Position numbers and translations under genes: made by a program
Notes under the pieces: model-generated
Told to the model about the DNA's origin: nothing
Database searches by the model: none
What the model saw: only the letters and a program-made list of their open reading frames with translations
Assembly: GCA_000934665.2 (NCBI GenBank)
Contig: JYFJ02000421.1
Span: 62,001 to 126,000 of the forward strand
Length of the DNA: 64,000 nucleotides
Source of the DNA: Catajapyx aquilonaris
Lineage: Eukaryota
Reading direction: 5' to 3'
Shown: in pieces, positions 52,501 to 62,782 of the stretch
Position numbering within the stretch: the stretch's first letter is position 1
How the letters are laid out: every line of letters begins with the position of its first letter

Positions 52501-52924
52501 GGGGGTACTTATCTGGCTTTCATTCTCAGTGCATTATTTTGGATGGTGTAAATCCCGACAAAGGTAATCTTTCAATGTCAGTAATGTTTTTTTGAGTATA
52601 TGTACACTTGATACTGCTTCCCCAGAGGTCATCCTCTGGCAGCATCAGCGAGAGATGTCATATCCGAGTGAAATCATCAACTGTGACAATCTTCTATTGT
52701 TTTTCTGAACCTTATTGCAGACTTCATAATTATCATAGTGGATATTTTTCTTATTTACATTATCATTATTCATGTATCACCATAAGAACATATGTTTGGG
52801 TCTGGTTCGGTGTAGTCCAGCAATTTGAATTTAAATAATAATTATTTAACTTCAAATTAACTAGTGAAGTATGAGCAGGAGCGTTGTCTTGCAAAGCAGC
52901 ACATCTCGCGACAAGTTTCCGGAT

Positions 52925-52997
52925 CTCTTCTTCTTCTTCTTCTTCTTCTTCTTCTTCTTCTTCTTCTCCTTCTTCTCCTTCTTCTCCTTCTTCTCCT
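52925..52997. repeat. (TTC)n microsatellite grading into (TCCTTCTTC)n
   Basis: Read directly. Confidence 0.95.
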
Positions 52998-53214
52998 ACC
53001 GCAAATTGAGTAGCTGGTCAGAATGCCTCTGTATGGTGACCAATTTTAACGTCTAATGGCACAGGCTTTCATGGAAACGCTCATTACTTTCTGAACACCC
53101 TTCGTTATGATCAATCAAACCACAGTTACCCCCAGCAAGTTACCATCTAGAAGCAACAGTTCCCATTCATTAAAATTTCACAGGAACTATTTTAGGCTTA
53201 CAATTAATAATATT

Positions 53215-53575
53215 TTAAGTGGTTTTTTCCTCAATTTGAGTGGTTTGTAACTTCAACTTTTTGAAATTGGGCAATTTGGTTTTGATCTTCGATTTACGAG
53301 TCAAATTCACTCAAATTTTGAGTGAATAGTATACGTCCGCGTGATTCATTTACAACAATTTTCTTCCGAAATGAGCTGAGTCAAAAGTGTCTGCTCAAAC
53401 TTCGAGTTGAAATAATTGTCCTTCGCAATTCTTATGAGTGAATTCACTGCTCCACCAATCCTTTCTCGATATGAAAATTTCACTCAAAAATATGACATTA
53501 TTTCCGCTTGATACTCACTCCAATACGACTCGTGCTCTACCACACCCTGCAAACTCTACTTTTTTTAAAAATAAA
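53215..53575. mobile_element. Probable old DNA-transposon remnant with ttgagtg/cactcaa subrepeats
   Basis: Recurrent motifs in both orientations (ttgagtgg, ttcactcaaattttgagtgaa, gagtgaattcact, ttcactcaaaaa). Termini not resolved. Confidence 0.4.
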
Positions 53576-56500
53576 AAATCCGCACTGTTGCATCCATCGG
53601 CTCCTAGATGGCGCTGAGACAAGTGCATCAAGCCACCTCGGAGGGGGTTCCCTGCCTCCGAAAAGTTTCCAGTGGCACCGGCTGAACGAGGTCATCAATC
53701 ACTTATTATCAGCAGGAAATGATTTGGATTGAAAGACATTGAATTCAATTCTTTCCGCCTTCTACACAGGAAATTGAACCAGTGTCAACTGCGGCGAGGC
53801 TAATGGCNGGGGCAAAAAAAAAGCGGTCGACGGCTGACCCTGAAATCTCTTGATTACGCCTCTATTTATGTCGGCAGGGCGGAGGATATAAAAGGGCGGA
53901 GGAGTGGGAACAGGTCTAAATCTAGTTGAGGGCATCCCGCTGAGATTTAGCAGCAGGCCACGTTATTAACTTTCCATCAGCGGTCATTACAACCTGGTAG
54001 TGAGGAAGGCTCTTCTTGTACCAAGAATTAAGAAAACTAGTATTGTAACTAATCCTTTAAAAAATATATAATTTTTGTAGGAAAAAAATGCATTTGTTAT
54101 TAGCCCCTGTGATGGAGGCTGTAGGTGTCACTAACATAGTTTTAATCGAAAGTGAAGGGGTCCGTGAAGCAACGAGATGCGGCAACCTTGTCAGTCTCAG
54201 AGAATAAATCAATGTTGACATTTCAATCTAAACACTTCACTCACACCCATTGTGGGGCTTCAGGTGAAGAAAAGATTCCCTCCCTCCCCCTGTTTTCTCC
54301 CCATTCCTCCCACCTCCCCGGTCCACCCCGTTCCTTCTTCTATTTTTTTTTTACAACAGGTAATTACGCCACTGACTACCAACGAAGGCAAGCAAGTCCA
54401 CCGCGCCAACCACACTTCATTCACATGTTAATGATCTTTGTCGGTCATGACTGCCACACTGTCCATGGCCCCAAGAATATGGAGGCCCCCATATTAATAA
54501 ACGGTAGAATTAAAAAAAAAAATGAAAGGTTAGGATAGAAAGTGGCTTATTACAGCACACACCTTTAATATTCAGTTAAAAATTCATTCCCTTCACTTCC
54601 TCCAAAGTTTTGTGCGCTTTTGTGCCAGAGAGCAGTGCACGAGCATACGGAATCCATCATTGTCAAAGGCGTCGGCGAGATTAGAAAAGATACAGGCAGT
54701 TAACTTGTAATATGTACGATGATTGAGTGATCCTATCAGGCAGGTGATGAACGATCACCCGTTATTACCAAACCCCTTTATAGCCTAACCAATTCGAGGC
54801 CGGAAACTGCAAGAGGCAAAAGAAAACCGTGCTGGGGGATTAACAAGTCTCCCCCTCCACCCACCCCCACGTTATACTGTAGATAAAAACCGCCATCATT
54901 ATGAAATTATTATAAACCGGAGATGGTGCGCTCCATTTTGGTTCCAGGTTCTTAAGTACTAATCAGGATGGTTTCCGCAAAATTTTCTGAAGAAGGTTAA
55001 ACACACACTCATACTCATGGAACAAAGCAATGGAAAGATAACAAGCTTGGGGCAAAGTGGGACGAATTGCAGATCAGCAAAGCAATTTCCTCGTCATCGT
55101 TTCTGGTCCCAACAGAGCCATTCGGGTTGGCCCAGCCAACCAGGCTATTGCAAAACCAAATAAATGGGCTACTCATCACCGGACTGGCTCTATGTGCTCC
55201 TCATCTGGCTCTTGTCAACCCAAGCTGACCCCCCCTCCCCCTTCAGTCCGATTTGGGAACCACAAGGCTGATCAGTAGCCACATAATGCAAGTTTTATTG
55301 CCGCCAAGTGTCAACTGGCCCAATGAAAATATCCGTATGAATCTTATGGATAGTCTATGCAGATCTTATGGAGATTTTGAGTTCCATAAAAACACCCATA
55401 AGATGACAGCATGATCGTAATCACATGGAATGATGTTGATGATAATTTGCAATATTTAGGAACATTTCTCTAGTACCCTCCAAGTTGGATCTACCAACAA
55501 GAGTTACTGGTTGCATCCCCTTGAAGGATTGAATCCGCAGTGGGCTAACCTTGGCCTTATCGCCCTCTTCTGCTACCCCATCCTCATTCCCATTAGCGAA
55601 CAGCCTCCCCTTGCAGACAAACAACTGCCTCGGGGATCCTGGGCAGCCAAAACTTGGAACAGTTGGCGCGTTGCGCGCTAATGACCATGGCCAGGGGCGA
55701 TGGTTTCAACTCCGGCAACCACCTTTCCGTAGCGCTTTGCTGCTGGAGGATGTTTTGCCATCTCGGGCTCCAACCTCTTTGTCGACACTGATGGATTCCC
55801 GGGCTTCTCCCTTTGCCACTTGCCAACTGCTCCTCTCAGCTTATTCATATTTCTCAGGACCCCTCAGATAAATCCGCCTCAAAACTTGGCTCTGATGCAG
55901 TGATCCATTCTCTCCGGATTACATGCCGGATTTTACACTTTTACTGGAGGGTTGGACTTCATTCCTCCTCCGTATTAATCCTGCTGCCAACTTTGCGTGC
56001 TTTATCTTCTGGTCTAAATGCGCTTTATACATTGGGTTATTAGTTAGAGTCCCTATCGGGCGGACAAGTGGTAATGGAGTAATCAAATGCTGAAAAGTGA
56101 TCCTCTGGTGCCCAGAATTTCACCTTAGACGTTTGTTTCAATCATCACAAATCGCCCTCACAAAACTGCAAATGTAGGCGTGTATACGTGAATTTCAGCA
56201 CTGACCGTGGCCATGGCACTCATTAAGGATATGCTACTTCAGAAACATTATGAAATATCAGGTTTAGCATAATTATGTCAGGTTTCTGAAGCAAAACATT
56301 GTATTCCATTAAGTAAATAGGAAAATTGTTGTAAAACGATCACTTTTTTTCTCGGATCCGGATGAGGTTCATATAACAACCCTTACTCAACAGATGTAGA
56401 CTACACGGTATATGCAAAGTAATGAGACATTGGATAGAGTGCGTTCATGTAATACCATACGTGCGAATAGTCTTAAATGACGGTATTATTCTGAAACGCA

Positions 56501-57499
56501 ATAAAATGTGTCATCCCTTTCTTACATAATATTATAACCGGTCGAAGAGTATAGTGTTTCAAAACACATTTAAATATATTGCTCTGACACATTTCATTTG
56601 GTGCAAGGGATACCGCAGTCACTTACATGCTAGATCAGATAATACAAAATTGGGTTGTTAGTCCAGTGCAATTAGCCGATATTTGGGCCTTACCTGGAAC
56701 AAATTAATAACAAAGCGCCCTTTTGGGGATATGTTCAGGACATGTCCTTGAACCTGTGGACAAAGTTCCCCAAGTTTCCGGTGACGGGTTTGGCCGCCAT
56801 CTTGGAAAATGTAGGCGCCATTTTGGATACCCTTTACACCAGTGTATCGGACGAACCAGTGGAGCTAGAGCGATCAATCTTTTTGAAGATTGTTCCTCAT
56901 GAGACACTGCCTCGATATGATGCCTTAACATTTTCTCGTATGTGCCGTTTTTATAGCGAAAACAGCCAATTGAAGTGTTACGCGGTTTTTTTTCAAAGCG
57001 ATAAATGGCGTTTTACTCAACATTCGGGCATTTTATGCTGAAAAGCTTCAAATGAAAAATGTCAATCCGGACCTTCTAAATAGAAATGATCTATTTGATA
57101 TATCTCGTACGATGCATATTCTCGGTGCTATGGAGGCTTGAACCCGAAGTTGCGCGCGAGGACGGCCGGGGTAAGGGGCGCGCGCGCTCGCAGCTCTTCC
57201 TTCCGGGGCCTCTCCTGGGCACTTCTTGCCACACTGTTTCGCCTAGGATTGTGAGGAAGACCCATTGGACTGAACAGAACCTTCGTTTATAACCAGAATC
57301 TATATCTGACACTATTATGCAAATGTTCCTTGCGTAAAATAGTAAATAGGTTCTATACTCTCCCTCCTAATCCCCTGAAGTTTTATCCATTCCATGTGAA
57401 AGCGGGTTCTCAAATTCACCTAAATGTTGCATCACAATACTTGCACCTACTGGAACTATAAGCAAAGTAGCTGCATAGGTCGGGATGTAACCATGGATG

Positions 57500-57924
57500 T
57501 AACTCTATACGAATGGCGGCTCTTGTGTATTCCCGGCAATGCAGGAGGTTATTTGCTCACACATGTATACTCTGTGCAACAACAACATAATATTTATATT
57601 TTTCCATGCCCCCCATGCTACGTACGCTGCAAATCTTTGCTGCTGAACACTATACTTTCGGAGACAGGGACGTATTTCCGGACATGTCGACGTCGACGTC
57701 TTGAGAGAGGCAGCTCATGGGGACAATCAGGTCAGTGTCGTCTCCTCTACGATGATAGCAGAACTTCCAGCAGCTGCAACTTCTACTTCTGTGGTACTAT
57801 CAGCGTGCGTCAGCATCCGCATTGGCCTGGGCACGTCACACACCCTGTATTCTGCAGGTACGCAGTGAGAACCTCGATGAACATCGTCTTGTTGCTAGGA
57901 TTGGCAAGAAAGTTTGGCTGCGAG
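57500..57924 (-). pseudogene. Academ XPG-like nuclease remnant (downstream part)
   Basis: SQPNFLANPSNKTMFIEVLTAYLQNTGC, QANADAD, GDDTDLIV (57722-57745), LP...HSYRV (57501-57539), with frameshifts. Confidence 0.75.
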
Positions 57925-57929
57925 CAAGG

Positions 57930-58322
57930 TTGACTCCAGAACCTCCCTGTCTACGTAGTTGATGACTATTCGATGCGCAAGGGTAAAAAGGCGTTCCTTG
58001 CTCCAATTCTGGAGGATCTACAAGCACCACCTGTCAACTATACCCTTCCCCTGATGCCACTTGCCATGTAGGCTATAGGTAGTCGACGATGGACAGCTTC
58101 TACACAGTGTCGTGTGGCTTCGTATGGCGATCTATGTAGAAATGCCAACATCACATATCCTATGTAAAGGAGCATTATGGAGCAACCTATGTGGTGTTCG
58201 ACGAGTTTGGAGAGATTAGTACCAGTACCAAAGACGAGGAACATTTACTGCGGGAAAACCCTAAGACATTGTCAGCTGATATCGTGGTGAACGACCATAT
58301 GCTACATCCATCTCGCAGCCAA
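57930..58322 (+). pseudogene. Inverted Academ segment encoding start of the XPG/PIN-like nuclease region
   Basis: LTPEPPCL, DDYSMRKGKKAFL, VVDDGQLLHSVVW (58079-58117), SYVKEHYGATYVVFDEFG...STKDEEHLLR read on the plus strand, opposite to the flanking remnants. Confidence 0.78.
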
Positions 58323-58447
58323 GGGGGTAACAACTTCGGGATGTACAGGGTCCCACTGGAACCAGCTTGGAACCGGCCTGGAACCGGGTGGAACCACCCG
58401 GTTCCTGGATCTGGTGTACACTTTTTGGGGGAGTTGTTACCCCCTTT
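58321..58447. mobile_element. Small MITE inside the Academ element
   Basis: TIR aagggggtaacaact / agttgttaccccctt, with internal GGAACC repeats at ~10-11-bp spacing. Interrupts the Academ coding remnants. Confidence 0.7.
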
Positions 58448-59154
58448 GTTTGCGAGTGACCTCACGTTATTCTTCCGATTAAGATTCACTTTGCTGAATA
58501 ACTTTCCCTCCGATTTCTTCATTGCTCCTACCTCTTCATTGACACCGCTCCTACCTCGTTATCTGCTGCACCATTCACGTCACTTGAGAGAGAGACTGCA
58601 GGACAGTAGATTGGCGGTCGAATGGGTTATGCTCACGGAGCCAGTCCAGAAAGGTCCTGTGTGTGAGATCCCACGTATCGCGACTCTGACGTGACTTCCT
58701 TAGTTCGACATGTTGGACAAACGTGCAAGTAAACTCGGCTGAAATCCTCGATGGCATAGATCGATTACTAGTTTTGATGTCTCTGGCATGGAGTGTACCC
58801 ACGAGAAATGATTGAAATGGCAACGCCTCGTCCAGGAGTAATAAGCCCTCCCTTTGACTCTACAAGGAGCACATCAGGAATTGCTTTGTTGTCATGTATC
58901 TCCCTATGGCGAACTAGAACTTGTCTGATCGTCTCGCAGTAAGGTAAACCCAAGACGCACAAACTTGTTGAATTCCTCTGCGAGCATGGCAGCGTCCACG
59001 TTCCTCATTTGATGCAGGTAAATATATTTGCGCAGACGTTGAATAGTTGAGATACGCTGATACCCAACATCGTGGAAGTATAGGGAACGCTGACGAGGGG
59101 GCGCTGGTAATCGCCGCAGCGCTCTGCTGGCACATGCTATTGCATATTCTCCAC
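58448..59154 (-). pseudogene. Academ transposase remnant (upstream part), frameshifted with stops
   Basis: Across frames: AERCGD (59110-59127), NYSTSAQIYL, RRSDKF* (58914-58934), KGGLITPGRG, QHVELRKSRQSRD...FLDWLREHNPFD...LQSLS, MKKSEGKLFSKVNLNRKNNVRSLAN. Confidence 0.8.
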
Positions 59155-59891
59155 TACTATTGTTGTATGAATATTGTCCGACATGGATTTTCGTTATAAA
59201 CGAAGGTTCTGTTCAGTCCCAAGGGTGTCTTCCCCACAATCCTAGGCGAAACAGTGTGGCAAGAAGTGCCCAGGAGAGGCCCCGGAAGGAAGAGCTGCGA
59301 GCGCGCGCGCTCCTTACCCCGGCCATCCTCGCGCGCAACCTCGGGTTCAAGCCTCCATAGCACCGAGAATATGCATCGTACGAGATATATCAAATATACC
59401 ATTTCTATTTAGAAGGTCCGGATTAACATTTTTCATTTGAAGCTTTTCCGCATAAAATGCCCGAATGTTGAGTAAAACGCCATTTATTGCTTTGAAAAAA
59501 ACCCGCGTAACACTTCAATTTGCTGTTTTCGCTATACAAACGGCACATACGAGAAAATGTTAAGGCATCAAATCGAGGCAGTGTCTCATGAGGAACAATC
59601 TTCAAAAAGATTGATCGCTCTAGCTCCACTGGTTGGTCCGCTACACTGGTGTAAAGGGTATCCAAAATGGCGCCTACATTTTCCAAGATGGCGGCCAAAC
59701 CCGTCACCGGAAACTTGGGGAACTTTGTCCCCAGGTTCAAGGACATGTCCTGAACATATCCCCAAAAGGGCGCTTTGTTATTAATTTGTTCCATGTAAAA
59801 ACCTAATTGCACTGGACTATGTAGCATTTGGAGTCATTTATCGCTGCTGTGGAGAGTTAAAATTCCCTCTAAATACGGCTAAATGAAAGTA

Positions 59892-60322
59892 CATTGAAGC
59901 ATCGATTATCCGAACAGAGTCAACCAAGGGGTGTTCAGATAACTGATTGTTCGGATAACCGATCATTTACGGAAAAAATTGTACCGGTGTCACAGGAGCA
60001 ATATGAAACTATAAGAAACAGTGATATTAATCACAAAAGTGTATATTTTCTGTCACAGGCACGTCTTAAAAATACTGTACATATACCTTACTGTCCTTAC
60101 ATGAAGTAGTCCTGCAGTTTAGGGGGGGGGAGGCCAACTTCTTTTGCTTGAGAGCCGAGGCTCGTTTTTTTGGCGGCTAATCTGCAGCGCCACAGCACTA
60201 GTGACCACTAGCGGAACCACATAGTGTGTTTTTTGCCGTTTTTTTGTTTTTTTGCTGACTAGAAAACGTTCGGTTAACCGATGGTTCGGTTGATCGGTGT
60301 TCGGATAATCGATGGTCCACTG
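59892..60322. mobile_element. pogo/Tigger-like MITE
   Basis: TA|cattgaagcatcgattatccgaaca ... tgttcggataatcgatggtccactg|TA, with subterminal gttcggataa(c/t)cga repeats. Confidence 0.72.
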
Positions 60323-60336
60323 TATCGGTAATGTAA

Positions 60337-60565
60337 CCGAAGCAGGTTGGCATAGTGGATAGGGCGTCAGACTGCTAATCGGGAGGTCCTGGGTTCGAAT
60401 CCCGGGGCCGGCAACCCTGACTGTGGTTTTCTGTGGTTTTCCACGGTCTTTCTAGGATAATTCCGGGGTCGCTTCCGTATAATAGGCCACAGCCGCTTCC
60501 TTCCTTCCCTATCCTTGGAGGTTGAAAGGCAATGCTGGGCCAACCTCCTTAATATCAATTATAAA
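60337..60565 (+). mobile_element. SINE family A copy with 15-bp TSD and alternative 3' tail
   Basis: ccgaagcaggttggcatagtggatagggcgtcagactgctaatcgggaggtcctgggttcgaatccc head. TSD gtat(c/t)ggtaatgtaa at 60322-60336 and 60566-60580. 3' hairpin ggaggttg...caacctcc. Confidence 0.93.
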
Positions 60566-62595
60566 GTATTGGTAATGTAAACTATGTGACGCTATAAATT
60601 ACGCAACATACTGTATAGGCCTACTGCTCTCTCATACCTGCTTCAGTACATTGTGCATTGTCATTTGTTACATAGCTTTCTGACTAGTAATCTATAAGGG
60701 TTTCCAAAATAATATGTACTAAAAGTTCCAATAGAAAAAAGGCATCAGTATACTAGTAACATAGCAACCATAGTGTGTCGGGTAATTTATATTGTCTCTA
60801 CAGCAAAAATCGTCAATGTAATGAAACCTGGAAACAATAATAATCATGTGCTGCAGCCAATTCACTCCTGCGCATGACAATTATTTTTGAAATAATTCAG
60901 GTAATAAAAATCACGAGAGAAGCTTTACATACAACTGGTATAGCCTGCCATCATCCTGTTGATTCTGTTGTAAACAGCAGCCCAATGACAACGTACCGGT
61001 ACGTCTCCCATACCCTTCCTCATGTATAGTCATGGTATGATGTTAGCCGTGTAGTCTATGGTGTAAGTATATGCTAAATTTCAGTCCAACAGTGGGACAT
61101 GAAACAGGCCGTTAATGCCGCGAATGGCACAGTACTTGTATATAAATTCACACCACTTAAGGCCAGATTGCACTACTCAAGGTCATGAGCTAATAATTTC
61201 AGTGTAGATTGCCAGCCAAGAATTTGGCCTTGTTATTCCTTTGTTGGGAATAATGAAGTTCACTGCTGCCAGCAGTGAATAACGTAGATAAATCCTCTGT
61301 CGATTGTTGTATATTGAATTCTGCAATCGGACCTTGACAGAATTAAATGATTTATAAGTTACTGGATGTTTCATAATGATTCAGACTAAGTTTTAAGGTG
61401 AAGTCTTGTGCAGGTGTCATTTTGGTCTCGTTGCAGATGATAATAATAGGCTTCAAACATATCAGGTACAAATTATTCTGGAAGATTTGTGTTTATCCGC
61501 TAGTTTTCCTTTTCCCCAATTAAAAACTTAAGTAAACTGAATTTAGCTCTTGTCAGTCAGATAAAAGGTCGAAGAAACGGGGAAAAATAAGACTGTTTCA
61601 AACGTGAAATAGCTCTGAATTTCATTGTGTCAGGTGATCCATTTCATTCGGAGTGTAAGAATTACATGCGTATCTACTTTTTTATTCCTAAGTTTTGCAT
61701 TTCAGCTTTTTTGCCCCTCCCAATATAATAATATATTGAGACTCGTTCCTTTATTACCAAGCTAGTTGTGCATATTAAATAAGCCTTGCCGCCTTCCAGA
61801 AAAAATATTATCGGAAGCATATAATTACGTAACCATCTCGTTAAATGTCCAGTTCGCAAGTTTTCCGGCATCATGCCATGTAAACACATGTAAAACAGGT
61901 CATACGTAAACATCATTGCAATCGTCATTGTAAAACACTCTTTAGATCACATTGCCACACGTATACAGGATAGTGAAAGTGATAAAAGTAGAAAGCTCTT
62001 TCTTACTGACTGAAGCGTGGTGATTGACTACACATACCTTGCCGTACATGCCTACTTGCTGTTTAAATATATGTCCAACCGAATGAGGGCGAAATGTACT
62101 GATTTTCCTTTAATGCATTACTCTCCTCTTGGACTTGTATGGCCATAAATACTGTTTCCGGTAAAATATGTGCGGCGTGGCCTTGGAAGAACTGATTACA
62201 ACAGAAAAATAATTCTTTCTCACCTGAATTATACGGTATAAACGAGTGTAAGAAATTGAAGTGTCAAGAGAAAAAAAATATACGAAAGTTACGACTTCCT
62301 TGCTTAACTCCTTATGTCTTGATGTAGGAATGTAGAAATTAAGTGATTTCCCTTAGCCGATGTTACAACACCAGCAATAGCGAGACTGGTAATTACGGAA
62401 TTGCAGGTGCAAGTAAAAAATTATCCTTCCGGCTAGTACTTAATTCCCCGCACTCAATCCTCTGCAGAGATGTGTTTGTTTAGAGTACAGAAAATCTATA
62501 CGAATGTCTAAATGAAATACTGCAGAGAGACCTGAGTGACTATATATACTGTATACCGGTATGCATATTAATACAATTATAACAGCCTATATATA

Positions 62596-62782
62596 TAGTT
62601 TACCCCGTGATGACCTTTACGGGTGCTATAGGGGGGTGGCATACCACCATCAGTTTTCTGTATATATATTTTCTGCTTCATTCACCGGTGCAAGGAAACA
62701 GGGACAATGGGAAAGGATAGGGATTTTTGGGGGAGGGAACATGGGTGCAAGGTGCAATGTCGTATAGCTATGGGTCATGTGC
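62596..62782 (-). mobile_element. 5'-truncated SINE family C copy with 18-bp TSD
   Basis: Shares cttcattcaccggtgcaagg, gatagggatttttgggg and gggtcatgtgct with the 40350 copy. TSD tataacagcctatatata at 62578-62595 and 62783-62800. Confidence 0.92.

Larger units (their letters stand above)
56659..59819 (-). mobile_element. Non-autonomous, decayed Academ DNA transposon (AcademX-type)
   Basis: ~630-bp TIRs (56659-~57292 and ~59192-59819) starting TAGTCCAGTGCAATTAG. 3-bp TSD TGT at 56656-56658 and 59820-59822. Internal translations give Academ-like motifs AERCGD, RRSDKF, GGLxxxGRG, QHVELRKSRQSRD...HNPF, VVDDGQLLHSVVW, VVFD...STKDEEH, FLANPSNK and GDDTDLIV. Confidence 0.88.

Noticed and set aside
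56742..57312. ORFs duplicated at 59157-59827, suggesting a gene duplication
   Set aside because: They are incidental translations of the two Academ TIRs.
57424..57933. 169-aa plus-strand ORF
   Set aside because: Antisense shadow of the minus-strand Academ remnant.
60337..60410. tRNA-Ser(GCT)-like gene (gactgctaatc loop, A and B boxes), also at 7000-7074, 9715-9785 and 39445-39515
   Set aside because: No long variable arm or proper acceptor stem, and each is fused to a SINE body with tail and usually a TSD. These are SINE heads, not tRNA genes.
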